A stretch of DNA of 64,000 nt from an uncultured Candidatus Saccharibacteria bacterium (GCA_964407105.1 CAYOUG010000001.1:164273-228272), one strand, 5' to 3'. Positions 29,015-39,181 are shown, counted from the first letter of the stretch. Program-made: numbers and translations. Notes: a model not told the origin generated them from the letters alone.

Positions 29015-31114
29015 ATGAAACGATTTTTTAGAAACAAAAAAACACGCTTCATCTTTGCAACACTTGTTGTGGCATTTTTCATATGTATTCCTCTAGTTAC
29101 TTTCGCAGAGGTCACTTCACCTTCATCACCAGCACCGGGGTGGTTTGGAACCGAAATTCTTGCTGCAGTAACTGGAGTTTTTAATAGACTCCTAGCCCTT
29201 GCTGGCGCATTTGCCATGATGCTCACAAGTTGGATTTTGTGGGCTTCCGGATCACTTCTTACTGAAGTATTGAAATACACCGTTCTGAACATGTCACAAA
29301 ATATTAATTCTATTAGCGCTATAAATGTTGCGTGGACAGTATTCAGAGATCTCGCAAACATGTTTTTCATTTTTATACTTCTTTATGCGGCCATCGGCAC
29401 CATTTTAGGTTTAAGCGGCGTCAATGCAAAAAAAATGGTCGTCAATATAGTTATTATTGCGCTTCTTATAAATTTCAGCTTATTTTTCACAAAAATAATT
29501 ATCGACGCATCAAACATCGTTACTATTGGTTTTTACAATAGAATAACCTCATCTATAGGAGAAAATGGTGGTCTTGCCACACCTTTTATGAACAAAATGG
29601 GGATAGTGGGTATGTTTAGTATTGATGGAATAATGTCTGATAGTGGTGCCTTATCATCAAACAAAACCCTCACAGAAATAGCGCTCACTGGAATAATGGG
29701 CTCCATATTTATTCTTGTAACCGCTTTCGTCTTTTTTGCTGCCAACATTATGTTTATTGGCCGATTTGTGATTTTGATATTTTTAATGATACTTTCTCCG
29801 CTTGCTTTTGCTGCAATGGCATTACCGAAAGATAAATATTCATCTGATTGGTGGAAGTCCTTACTTGATCAAGCGCTTTTTGCACCAGCCTTTTTAGCGA
29901 TGATGTATGCCACCTTACTCATTGTAGAGGGCTTAAATATACCAAATGCTGGTTTTGCAAAAGTATTTGTCCCTGGAGAAGATGGTAAGGCACCAGATCT
30001 TGCTATGGTACAGGTTCTTATGAATTACATAATTATCATAGTAATGATAATAGCCTGTCTTATTATTGCTAAAAAATTTGGCGCACACGGATCAGGTGAA
30101 ATGATCAAGCGTGGCCAAAAACTCCGTGGTTGGGCACAAGGTAAGGTAGGGAGGGGGGCTTTGCGAGGAACGGGTCTTGCTGCCCTTGATAGAAAATTTG
30201 CAGATTCAGATTTTGCAAAAACACGAACAGGTAACATTTTTCGCAGTATGACAACCGGCGCAATTACCAATGCAAAATTTGGCTCTGATACTTCAATACA
30301 AAAAGTAGATAAGGCAAACAAAGATCTTGATAAAAAATACAATGAGGGTGTAATGAAAGGTGTGGAGAAAAAATTTGAAAAAAGTTTGCCAGAACAACGA
30401 AAAAACTATATTGGCGATTTAAACAAAAAAATTGATGAATCTGGTACAAAAAAGTTTGAGACCGAAGCACAACTTATGACAAAACGAGAAGAGCTCGAAG
30501 ATGCTATCGCAAATGGAAAAGCAGTACGACCAGAAAGAGAACTACCTAAACTAGAACGAGAAATAACCGAAAGAGAAGGGCAGTTGCGTCGAGCTTCATC
30601 GGGCGGGCTAGCCATTCCTAAGAGTGAAATTGATCGTGTCAATACAGAAATTGCAGAAAGAAGAGAGAAGGTAAGAGTTACAAAAGAAATACAAAAACAA
30701 ATTGAAAATTTAAAAAAAGAGTCAGACACCACACAAAAAGAAATTAGTAGTTTTGAACAAGAAAAGAAAACTACTCAATCTAATATGGATGGTGGCTTTG
30801 TCGCTACAAAAAGCGAAAAGGGTCGTTGGTTAAATCAGGCATACGAAGAAAAAGCTAAAAGTCTCGAATCCTTGGGACCAACACTAGAAGCTGGTAAGAA
30901 AATGTTCCCCGGAACATCAAGAGTTATCGGTGCTCTTGGTAAACTTCGTCCAACATATCTAGATTTTGAAATGGGTCTAACAGCAAAAAAAGATGTCGTA
31001 AAAGAGTTGCGCAAAAAAACACAAGGTGGCGGTAAAGAAAAGGATATAATAAATCAACTTAAAGAATCTCTAAAAAATGCAGGTGAATTGGAAGATGGGG
31101 GAGAAAAAAAATAA
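29015..31114 (+). CDS. VirB6/TrbL-like polytopic membrane protein with a long charged coiled-coil C-terminus
   Basis: About 360-aa N-terminal region with six to eight TM helices then a roughly 340-aa K/E-rich coiled coil; topology and position upstream of PrgI-like/VirB4 genes. Confidence 0.5.
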   Translation: MKRFFRNKKTRFIFATLVVAFFICIPLVTFAEVTSPSSPAPGWFGTEILAAVTGVFNRLLALAGAFAMMLTSWILWASGSLLTEVLKYTVLNMSQNINSISAINVAWTVFRDLANMFFIFILLYAAIGTILGLSGVNAKKMVVNIVIIALLINFSLFFTKIIIDASNIVTIGFYNRITSSIGENGGLATPFMNKMGIVGMFSIDGIMSDSGALSSNKTLTEIALTGIMGSIFILVTAFVFFAANIMFIGRFVILIFLMILSPLAFAAMALPKDKYSSDWWKSLLDQALFAPAFLAMMYATLLIVEGLNIPNAGFAKVFVPGEDGKAPDLAMVQVLMNYIIIIVMIIACLIIAKKFGAHGSGEMIKRGQKLRGWAQGKVGRGALRGTGLAALDRKFADSDFAKTRTGNIFRSMTTGAITNAKFGSDTSIQKVDKANKDLDKKYNEGVMKGVEKKFEKSLPEQRKNYIGDLNKKIDESGTKKFETEAQLMTKREELEDAIANGKAVRPERELPKLEREITEREGQLRRASSGGLAIPKSEIDRVNTEIAERREKVRVTKEIQKQIENLKKESDTTQKEISSFEQEKKTTQSNMDGGFVATKSEKGRWLNQAYEEKAKSLESLGPTLEAGKKMFPGTSRVIGALGKLRPTYLDFEMGLTAKKDVVKELRKKTQGGGKEKDIINQLKESLKNAGELEDGGEKK

Positions 31115-31120
31115 AAAACA

Positions 31121-31870
31121 ATGGATGACTTTCAAATAAAAAAAATAATACAAGAACAGTGGGGTATACTTCCTGAAAACATTCAAAAACTTATTCTGTC
31201 CTCGGAATTTGATTCAAAAATCGAACAAATTTCTAGAAAATACAATCTTCTTGGAAATCAAACTGTTAACCTAAAAAATGAGATTGTTTTTGTGCTTCTT
31301 GGTCTTGTTCATCTTATGGATTTTACCCAAAATCTAGAGCATGAACTTGCAATTCCAAAAGAACAGGCACGCTTACTAGCTCAAGAGGTTGGCGCACAGA
31401 TATTTGCCAATGTAAAAGAATCTCTCAGGGAACTTGGCAAAACACTCGAATTGGAAAATGCTCAAGATTCTCAGAATTCATTGGGTACAGACCAGCAAAA
31501 ACCAACAAATCAAAACGTTCCACCCCCAATCGCAACGGTACAAGGAGTACACATGCAAAAAGAATCGCTCACCCCAGAAACACAAGACAGTATAATTACT
31601 GCTAGCGCGAATGTAGAAAAGGAAGAGGGGAACGTGCAAACAGGTATTGTAGAAGACGTTGCATCATTAAACAAAGAAACCTTACTTAAAGAAATAGAAT
31701 CTCCAGCTCTCATTACCGCCCACGCATCAACCCCAGAATACGAACCAACAATAATAGATAAAAAACTTAGTGGCATAATGAAAGTGCCACGCGAAGAGGT
31801 GCGTGTAAATGTAGATGCAAACACACCAAGCTATAAAGGTACCGATCCATACCGTGAACCTTTAGAATAA
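31121..31870 (+). CDS. soluble acidic hypothetical protein (operon member)
   Basis: No TM helix; lies between the VirB6-like and PrgI-like genes. Confidence 0.45.
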   Translation: MDDFQIKKIIQEQWGILPENIQKLILSSEFDSKIEQISRKYNLLGNQTVNLKNEIVFVLLGLVHLMDFTQNLEHELAIPKEQARLLAQEVGAQIFANVKESLRELGKTLELENAQDSQNSLGTDQQKPTNQNVPPPIATVQGVHMQKESLTPETQDSIITASANVEKEEGNVQTGIVEDVASLNKETLLKEIESPALITAHASTPEYEPTIIDKKLSGIMKVPREEVRVNVDANTPSYKGTDPYREPLE

Positions 31871-31874
31871 AATT

Positions 31875-32300
31875 ATGAGATTTCAAGTCCCACAATTTAC
31901 TGACGTTGAAGATAAAATTTTTGGCGCACTCACTTTTAAGCAGTTTATATATCTTGCTGGAAGCGCTGGAGCATGCGTCATTTTGTACTACATCATTCCG
32001 TTCAAAATTATTTCTTTCATGTTTATGTTTCCGATAATCGCTTTCGGCCTTGCTTTAGCATTTTACAAAGTAAACAATAAACCTTTTATTCGTGTAGTAG
32101 AAGCATTTTTTAAATATTCAGTCACAAGCAAACTATATATTTGGAAACATGAACCCAAAAAAATAACGGCAATGTCTACTCCAAAAGAATTTTCGTCATC
32201 TTTTTTACCAAAACTTTCAGAAAGTAAGCTAAAAGATCTCACCTGGACACTTGACGTTACAGAAAATATAAACAAAAAGGTTCCTTCTGATTTTAAATAA
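31875..32300 (+). CDS. PrgI/VirB3-like small membrane protein
   Basis: 141 aa with two central TM helices; immediately precedes VirB4 as in Gram-positive-type T4SS. Confidence 0.5.
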   Translation: MRFQVPQFTDVEDKIFGALTFKQFIYLAGSAGACVILYYIIPFKIISFMFMFPIIAFGLALAFYKVNNKPFIRVVEAFFKYSVTSKLYIWKHEPKKITAMSTPKEFSSSFLPKLSESKLKDLTWTLDVTENINKKVPSDFK

Positions 32301-32327
32301 AAGGAATATAGGATATAATTTCTAAAT

Positions 32328-32972
32328 ATGGCAACCAATGCACGAGCTTCTCAAGAATTTGTGCCGATTAATGACATTCAAAATGGCATTGTCACTTTAA
32401 AAGACGGCTCATTACGTGCTGTACTTATGGCATCTTCTGTAAATTTTTCTCTTAAATCAGAAGAAGAGCGTGCAGCCATCATGTTTCAATTTCAAGATTT
32501 TTTAAACTCTCTTGATTTCACTGTACAAATTTTTATTCAATCACGACGTCTAGACATTCGTCCATACATTAATCTTCTTGAAGAACGCAAGAAAGCGCAA
32601 GTAAACGATCTCATGAAAATTCAGGTGGAAGAATATATTGGTTTTATCAAAAACTTTACCGACAACACCAATATTATGACTAAACATTTTTTCATAATCG
32701 TGCCGTATTCTCCTGCAATTCTTCAAAAGGGTGGCAATAATCCCGTCACTGGTTTATTTAAAAATAAAAAAAATGATGAAGAGATAAAAATTAATACACA
32801 AGAGGCATTCGAGGAACGACGCACTCAGCTAGAACAACGTTTGGCGGTGGTGGAGCAGGGGCTTGTCCGCTCAGGAGTACGTGTAGTACAGCTTGGAACA
32901 GAAGAAATCGTCGAACTTTTTTACAAAATTTTCAATCCCGGCGAAGCAGAGAAACCAATTCACATTCAATAA
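32328..32972 (+). CDS. VirB4-family N-terminal domain (separate ORF)
   Basis: EFVPINDIQNGIVTLKDGSLRAVLMASSVNFSLKSEEER resembles the VirB4/TrsE/TcpF N-terminus; its stop is 1 nt before the ATG of the ATPase ORF, which is in a different frame. Confidence 0.6.
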   Translation: MATNARASQEFVPINDIQNGIVTLKDGSLRAVLMASSVNFSLKSEEERAAIMFQFQDFLNSLDFTVQIFIQSRRLDIRPYINLLEERKKAQVNDLMKIQVEEYIGFIKNFTDNTNIMTKHFFIIVPYSPAILQKGGNNPVTGLFKNKKNDEEIKINTQEAFEERRTQLEQRLAVVEQGLVRSGVRVVQLGTEEIVELFYKIFNPGEAEKPIHIQ

Positions 32973-32973
32973 T

Positions 32974-34788
32974 ATGAGCTTTTTAGAAAATATATTTGGT
33001 GGTAAAAAGAAAGAGGAAACAGTAGGAATGCTTCCTCAGGAAATTTATCAAGCGCAAACACTTGAATTAAAAGATATTATCGCACCAAGCGCCCTAAAAA
33101 TTGCTCCAAAAGAACTAAATTTAGGAGATAAAATTGTACGAACATTTTTTGTTATTTCATACCCGCGTTTTCTTGGTGAAAGTTGGTTTGCGCCAATTAT
33201 TAATCTTGACCGTGTTTTTGATGTCTCTATTTTTATACATCCAGTAGACACAGTGAAAGTTTTGAGACAATTTCAAAAAAAGGTGGCTGAGGTGCAAAGT
33301 CAGATTCATGAACGAGAAGACAAGGGAATGGTGCGTGACCCAATGCTTGATACCGCATATCAAGATCTCGAAAATCTTCGTGATAGTTTACAGCAAGCAC
33401 AAGAAAAACTTTTTGATGTTGGTTTGTACATTTCCATTTATGCAGAAAGTGATGCTGAACTCGATAAAATCGAATCAGAAATACGATCCATTCTTGAATC
33501 AAAGCTTGTTTACGTAAAACCCGCACTTTTCCAACAAGAACAAGGCTATAAAAGCGTGCTTCCTATTGGTACGGACATTCTTGAGGTGCATTCAAAGCTC
33601 AATTCTTCACCGCTTTCAAGTCTTTTTCCTTTTATTTCTTTTGATCTTACGTCTGATAAAGGAATTTTGTATGGTATCAATCGCCACAATTCAAGTCTTG
33701 TACTTTTTGATCGTTTCTCACTTGAAAATTACAACTCTATTACTTTCGCAAAGTCTGGTTCTGGAAAATCTTACGCAACAAAGCTAGAAATTTTGCGTAC
33801 CCTTATGTTTGATACCGAAGTTATAGTTATTGACCCTGAACGAGAATATGAATATATGGCTGAGGCTGTTGGTGGAAGATACTTTAAAATTTCCCTCAAC
33901 TCCGAACACCACATTAATCCATTTGATCTACCCCTTCCAGGAGAGGGTGAGTCTGGAGAAAGCGTGCTTAGAAGTAATATTATCAATCTTGTGGGTCTTT
34001 TTAGGCTTATGCTTGGTGGTATTAGTGCAGAAGAAGACGCAATTATCGACAGAGCAATTACAGAAACATACGCATTAAAAGACATCACGGCCCAGTCTAA
34101 TTTTGCAAATATAGATCCACCACTAATGTCTGATTTCGAGCTTGTGTTGGGGGGAATGGAGGGTGGGGAATCACTAGCGCAACGTCTTACTAAATACACG
34201 AGAGGTACGTGGGCTGGGTTTATCAATCGTCCTACAAATATTGATATTAATAAAAAGTTTATTGTGTTTTCGTTGCGCGACATGGAAGACGAGCTCAAAC
34301 CTATCGCCATGTACATTGTGATGCACTATATTTGGAGTGCAATTCGCAAAGAACTTAAAAAACGCCTCTTGGTAATAGACGAGGCGTGGTGGATGATGAA
34401 ATCCGAAGACACGGCCTCGTTTCTCCTCTCACTCGCTAAACGCGGCCGAAAATATTACCTCGGCCTAGCCACCATCACCCAAGACGTTGACGATTTCCTC
34501 AAGTCTCCATACGGAATGCCGATTATCACCAACTCCTCAATTCAAATTTTACTCAAACAATCTCCAACATCTATAGACAAGCTCCAACAAACATTCAACC
34601 TCACCGACGAAGAAAAATATTTACTCCTTGAAAGCTCGGTAGGAGAGGGAATTTTCTTTGCTGGCCTAAAACACGTCGCAATAAAAATTATTGCATCGTA
34701 TACCGAAGATCAAATCATTACATCCGACCCATCTCAAGTGCTTTCTATTCAACAAGCAAAACGCGATCTGGAACAGTCTCAACAATAA
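32974..34788 (+). CDS. VirB4/TrbE-family T4SS ATPase (ATPase domain)
   Basis: Walker A GSGKSYAT, Walker B LLVIDEAWWMM and the conserved C-terminal region. Confidence 0.8.
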   Translation: MSFLENIFGGKKKEETVGMLPQEIYQAQTLELKDIIAPSALKIAPKELNLGDKIVRTFFVISYPRFLGESWFAPIINLDRVFDVSIFIHPVDTVKVLRQFQKKVAEVQSQIHEREDKGMVRDPMLDTAYQDLENLRDSLQQAQEKLFDVGLYISIYAESDAELDKIESEIRSILESKLVYVKPALFQQEQGYKSVLPIGTDILEVHSKLNSSPLSSLFPFISFDLTSDKGILYGINRHNSSLVLFDRFSLENYNSITFAKSGSGKSYATKLEILRTLMFDTEVIVIDPEREYEYMAEAVGGRYFKISLNSEHHINPFDLPLPGEGESGESVLRSNIINLVGLFRLMLGGISAEEDAIIDRAITETYALKDITAQSNFANIDPPLMSDFELVLGGMEGGESLAQRLTKYTRGTWAGFINRPTNIDINKKFIVFSLRDMEDELKPIAMYIVMHYIWSAIRKELKKRLLVIDEAWWMMKSEDTASFLLSLAKRGRKYYLGLATITQDVDDFLKSPYGMPIITNSSIQILLKQSPTSIDKLQQTFNLTDEEKYLLLESSVGEGIFFAGLKHVAIKIIASYTEDQIITSDPSQVLSIQQAKRDLEQSQQ

Positions 34789-34795
34789 AAACTTT

Positions 34796-35224
34796 ATGGA
34801 ATCAAAACTCACCACCCTAACAGCCGGACTAATGATCACAGTAGCTGTGATTTTTGATATTATTCAAGCACTTCTTGATTTGCTTCACTTTATACCGCTT
34901 GTGGGAAACATATTTGCAATTATTTCCACCTCACTGCTTTCTGTTTTCGCGTGGCTCACATTCTATTTGTGGATGAAAATAAAAGGAATAGATTTTGCAA
35001 GCCCAAAACGCTCGCTTAGTCTTGGTGGTGGTTTTATTTTTGAACTTATTCCAATATTAAATGCTCTTCCGGGATGGACACTTGCTGTAATACTTATTAT
35101 TGGAAGTATGCGTGCTGAAGAATTGATTGCAAAAACCACAGGTATAAACGTAAATATTTCTTCTGGAGTATCGCCGATACCAAATCCAACACAAGCTATT
35201 AAAAACACACCATTGAACAAATAG
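34796..35224 (+). CDS. small polytopic membrane protein (operon member)
   Basis: Three to four TM helices; 8 nt after the VirB4 stop. Confidence 0.45.
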   Translation: MESKLTTLTAGLMITVAVIFDIIQALLDLLHFIPLVGNIFAIISTSLLSVFAWLTFYLWMKIKGIDFASPKRSLSLGGGFIFELIPILNALPGWTLAVILIIGSMRAEELIAKTTGINVNISSGVSPIPNPTQAIKNTPLNK

Positions 35225-35241
35225 TGTATCGTGCTAAAATT

Positions 35242-36264
35242 ATGAAGTACTCTTTGTATATGCTCCATTCTTCTATAAAAATAATATGTGTGACACTTGT
35301 TTTGTTTTTTGCATGCACACTAAGTGCGTCCGCTCAATTGGGCAATCCATCAGCAGAAAGCGTGCAGTTTTTTATTACACCAGAAAATCCTGGATCAAAT
35401 GAACTTGTAAAAATCAGGGTGGAAAGTTTTACATCAGACCTAAATTCAAAAGAAATTACTTGGTCACTAAATGATAAAATCCAAAAAAAAGCGGTGGGCG
35501 ACAAAAATTTTGAGTTTACTACCGGCCCACTTGGAAGTGTCTCTAAAATAACCTTTTCTACAAACACAATAACTAAAAGTGTAACCCTACGCCCAGTAGA
35601 TCTTTTTATAACTTGGCAAACCAACACCTACACACCACCTTTTTATAAAGGAAAAGCAGTGTACACCAACCAAAGCTCAATACAGTTTGTGGCACTTCCT
35701 ATGTTTGTTGGATCAAATGGAAAAACAATAGATCCAAAAAATTTAATATATAAATGGACAAGAGACGACTCCGTACTCAACAACGAATCTGGCTATGGAA
35801 AACAGGTCCTTTCTACTAGCGGTGGAACACTCGCAAAACCAATATTAATTAATCTTGAGGTTACGAGTGCCGACGGACTACTTAAAGCGAAAAGAGAAAT
35901 CGAGGTTGAAGGAAATCTTCCAAGAATTATATTTTACGAAAATCATCCACTCTACGGAATCACGTATCGCAATGCATTACCAGACATCTTTACACTCACA
36001 AGTAAAGAAATAAGTCTTGTCGCCGCACCTTATTTTTTTGATATAAGTGGAAAATTAGACTCAAATCTTTCATATGTATGGAAAATGAATGGGGAAGTCA
36101 TAGAAAATCAAGAAAATCCATCAACACTTACACTTCGAAGACCTGAGGGTTCTGCTGGTGGCAAAGCAAATATATCTCTTATGACTTCTCACCTTGCAAA
36201 AATTATTCAATTTACAAACAAATCTTTAGATATTAATTTTGAAGCTCTAAATATTTCCGATTAA
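35242..36264 (+). CDS. secreted protein with three Ig-like beta-rich repeats
   Basis: Signal peptide; three roughly 100-aa repeats. Confidence 0.5.
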   Translation: MKYSLYMLHSSIKIICVTLVLFFACTLSASAQLGNPSAESVQFFITPENPGSNELVKIRVESFTSDLNSKEITWSLNDKIQKKAVGDKNFEFTTGPLGSVSKITFSTNTITKSVTLRPVDLFITWQTNTYTPPFYKGKAVYTNQSSIQFVALPMFVGSNGKTIDPKNLIYKWTRDDSVLNNESGYGKQVLSTSGGTLAKPILINLEVTSADGLLKAKREIEVEGNLPRIIFYENHPLYGITYRNALPDIFTLTSKEISLVAAPYFFDISGKLDSNLSYVWKMNGEVIENQENPSTLTLRRPEGSAGGKANISLMTSHLAKIIQFTNKSLDINFEALNISD

Positions 36265-36269
36265 AATAT

Positions 36270-37115
36270 ATGATAAAAAACGCAAAAAAATATCTTGGTT
36301 TTATAATAATTTTGATAACTATTTTAAGTATACATGGTGCTTTTTTAACAAAAACGACTTTTGCAGAGCTTGAATCTGGTGGCACCACAGGAGGTTTTAC
36401 AAATTACAAACCCCTTATTCCACTTCCAATTGGACCAAACGGTAGCAACGAAACACCTACAGAACTTTCAAAATACCTACCTGCAATGTTTCAATTTTTT
36501 ATAGGTATTGCTGGAGTACTTGCTGTGGTAATGATCGTAATTGGTGGAATACAATATATGTCTACTGATGCGGTCTATGGTAAAAGTGCTGGAAAAGAAA
36601 AAATCGCTCAAGCACTTGGTGGACTTTTGCTCGCTATTGTTGCTTGGCTTATTCTTTATTCCATCAACCCAAATCTTTTAAATACAGTTCTTGGTGGGCC
36701 AAATACACAAATGGCCAGTTCAACACCAACAAACCCAATACCACACACAGCAAGAGTAACGTATCACGTACAAAACACATATGGACCACCAACAACCGAG
36801 TGTAAAAGTACATATCCATCACCACAAGCATGTGCACAATCACTTACACAACTAGAAGCATCATATCCAACGCCACCATATGCCAACGTATCTGTTGGTT
36901 GTGATGTTGAGTGCAATCCAACACCTCCACCCCCACCATATTCACTTATGGTTACCTATCATGTACAGGGCATACCAGGACCACCAAAAGTAGCCTGTTA
37001 CCCTTATACTGGTCCCGTAGAATGTCAAACAGCATCTGAAAACTTTGATCAATCAGACCAACCAACATGGATTATTCACAACGAAATTTGTACTCAAGAG
37101 TGTACAGAACAATAA
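36270..37115 (+). CDS. VirB2/TrbC-like pilin candidate with a C-terminal tandem Cys-containing repeat
   Basis: Long signal peptide then two hydrophobic helices separated by a short loop (LPAMFQFFIGIAGVLAVVMIVIGG / KIAQALGGLLLAIVAWLILY); C-terminal repeats RVTYHVQNTYGPPTTEC and MVTYHVQGIPGPPKVAC. Confidence 0.5.
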   Translation: MIKNAKKYLGFIIILITILSIHGAFLTKTTFAELESGGTTGGFTNYKPLIPLPIGPNGSNETPTELSKYLPAMFQFFIGIAGVLAVVMIVIGGIQYMSTDAVYGKSAGKEKIAQALGGLLLAIVAWLILYSINPNLLNTVLGGPNTQMASSTPTNPIPHTARVTYHVQNTYGPPTTECKSTYPSPQACAQSLTQLEASYPTPPYANVSVGCDVECNPTPPPPPYSLMVTYHVQGIPGPPKVACYPYTGPVECQTASENFDQSDQPTWIIHNEICTQECTEQ

Positions 37116-37118
37116 ACC

Positions 37119-38357
37119 ATGCTTAAAAAAATTATTATCGTCATAGCTATTATTATCTTACTCGCTTTAGGCGCATTTACTTATCTTTATTTCACATCAC
37201 CAGAAAGCCTTAACTCAATCACAAGCAATGTGGGAATAAACGTGTCAGACTTTTTTCCTTTTGGACAAGAGCCCACAACACCAACAAACACCACAAACAA
37301 TTCTTCGGGAGACACCCCTCCAAACACAACGCCGGCCCAATTACGACAAATATATTCTTCTCCTGTATCTGGTGGGCAGTTTTTCAATATAAACAACAAC
37401 ACCGCTGTGCGTTTTGTGGAACAGTCAACAGGCAACGTATATGAAGCGAATACAGAAAATACGGCCATAGAACGCATCACCAACACCACAATTCCAAAAG
37501 TAACAGAAGCTACTTTTGTAACAAAAGATAGTGTGCTTTTGCGATTTTTACGAGACGATAGTGATCTTATTGAAACTGTATACGGCACAATAAGCACAAC
37601 AACATCTACAAGCACGGTGCAAAGTGAGTTTGCAGACCTTCAAACAACATTTCTCTTTCCAAACATCAAAGACCTTGTTGTTTCTCCTAAAAAAGATAAG
37701 GTTTTTTACATAAATCAATTTTCGATTGGCGCTCTAGGTACCATTGCAAGTCCTAATGGTTCAAATAAGACTGTGGCGTTTGAATCTCCAATTCGTGAGT
37801 GGAACACGCAGTGGCCGACCACCACCACACTAGCACTCACCACAGCGCCAAGTGCACAGGTATCAGGATATTTATATTTCGTAAACACCACCACAGGCAC
37901 GCAACAAAAAATATTAGCAAATATTCCAGGACTAACCACTCTCACAAACACAAACACTTCGAGCGTGCTCTACACAAAAAATAATCTCAAAGGAAGTTTT
38001 TCCCTAAATTTACTTAACACAAAAACAGGAACATCAACCCTTCTTTCTTTTGGTCAAACATTACCAGAAAAATGTGTGTGGAGTAAAAAAAATGTAAACG
38101 TAATGTATTGTGCGGTGCCAAAAGTTATACCAAAAGGGGAATATCCTGATATTTGGTATATGGGTCTTGTTTCTTTTAGTGACAAACTCTGGCGTATCAA
38201 CACAGAAACCAACGAAACAGATATGCTTGTCGATCTTGAAAGTGTGTCTGGACGAACACTCGATGCTATAAAACTTTCTTTGGATACAAATGAAAACTAT
38301 ATTCTGTTTACAAACAAAGCTGACTCAACCTTGTGGAGTTTCGCACTAAATAAATAA
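37119..38357 (+). CDS. membrane-anchored Thr/Asn-rich extracytoplasmic protein (last gene of the operon)
   Basis: N-terminal TM helix, low-complexity TPTNTTNNSSGDTPPNTTP linker, beta-rich C-terminal domain. Confidence 0.5.
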   Translation: MLKKIIIVIAIIILLALGAFTYLYFTSPESLNSITSNVGINVSDFFPFGQEPTTPTNTTNNSSGDTPPNTTPAQLRQIYSSPVSGGQFFNINNNTAVRFVEQSTGNVYEANTENTAIERITNTTIPKVTEATFVTKDSVLLRFLRDDSDLIETVYGTISTTTSTSTVQSEFADLQTTFLFPNIKDLVVSPKKDKVFYINQFSIGALGTIASPNGSNKTVAFESPIREWNTQWPTTTTLALTTAPSAQVSGYLYFVNTTTGTQQKILANIPGLTTLTNTNTSSVLYTKNNLKGSFSLNLLNTKTGTSTLLSFGQTLPEKCVWSKKNVNVMYCAVPKVIPKGEYPDIWYMGLVSFSDKLWRINTETNETDMLVDLESVSGRTLDAIKLSLDTNENYILFTNKADSTLWSFALNK

Positions 38358-38401
38358 AACAAAAAGATTTTCTCCGCTTTATATTTTATTTTTGAGGTTT
38401 A

Positions 38402-39181
38402 TTATTTCTTAATGTTTCTTTTGAGTACCAATTCTTGTCCGATAGTAAATAAATTACTCGTAATCCAATAAAGTGCGATTGCTGCGGATATTCCATAAGA
38501 GATGAATCCGGCGATAATCGGGAATACATAGATCATTTGTACGCGCATACTACGTGCAAGATCGTGTTTAAATGAATCTGTATTGGTTTTGCCCTGTGTC
38601 TCAGTTTTTTGCTGTGTTTTTGGAGCCATTAATTTTGCTTGAAAAAACGTAGAAATAGCCACAAGCACAGCAAGCACAATACTTTTTGAAGAAATATCTA
38701 TAAGTCCCAAAAACATCATATTAATATAATTGGGAATACCCACAAAACCATATAAAAGTTCTTTGTTTACTGTTGGTAAACCTGAATGCCAAAATATTCT
38801 ATAAAGGGCAAAAATTATTGGTAATTGAATAAATATAAGCAAAATACTCATAAAAGGCCGCACACCTCTTTCTTTGTAAAGTTGCATCGTCTTTCGAGCT
38901 TGTTCTTGTTTATCATCCTTAAACTGTTCACGAATTATTTGAAGCTCTGGTTCTATTTGCTTCATCTGAATCTGTGTTGTGACGGCTTTTTTGGAAAGAG
39001 GGAATAGAATAAGTTTGATTATGATTGTAAACAAAATTACCGCAATTCCAGCATCCACCCAAGGAATTAGATTAATCAACAAAATAAGTCCGTTATAAAG
39101 AGGCTGGTAAACAATTGTGTGGTATATATTTGATATCATCAGGTTATTGTAACTTACGGTGGAAGCATTTTCAAACCACAC
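38402..39181 (-). CDS. yidC: membrane protein insertase YidC/Oxa1 family (short form)
   Basis: Five TM helices and the conserved ..KQIEPELQIIREQFKDDKQE..MQLYKERGVRPF.. region. Confidence 0.85.
   Translation of the reverse strand: MWFENASTVSYNNLMISNIYHTIVYQPLYNGLILLINLIPWVDAGIAVILFTIIIKLILFPLSKKAVTTQIQMKQIEPELQIIREQFKDDKQEQARKTMQLYKERGVRPFMSILLIFIQLPIIFALYRIFWHSGLPTVNKELLYGFVGIPNYINMMFLGLIDISSKSIVLAVLVAISTFFQAKLMAPKTQQKTETQGKTNTDSFKHDLARSMRVQMIYVFPIIAGFISYGISAAIALYWITSNLFTIGQELVLKRNIKK

Noticed and set aside
36721-37110. C-terminal repeat of the pilin-like protein as a separate gene
   Set aside because: It is continuous in frame with the VirB2-like N-terminal part, with no internal start or ribosome-binding signal.
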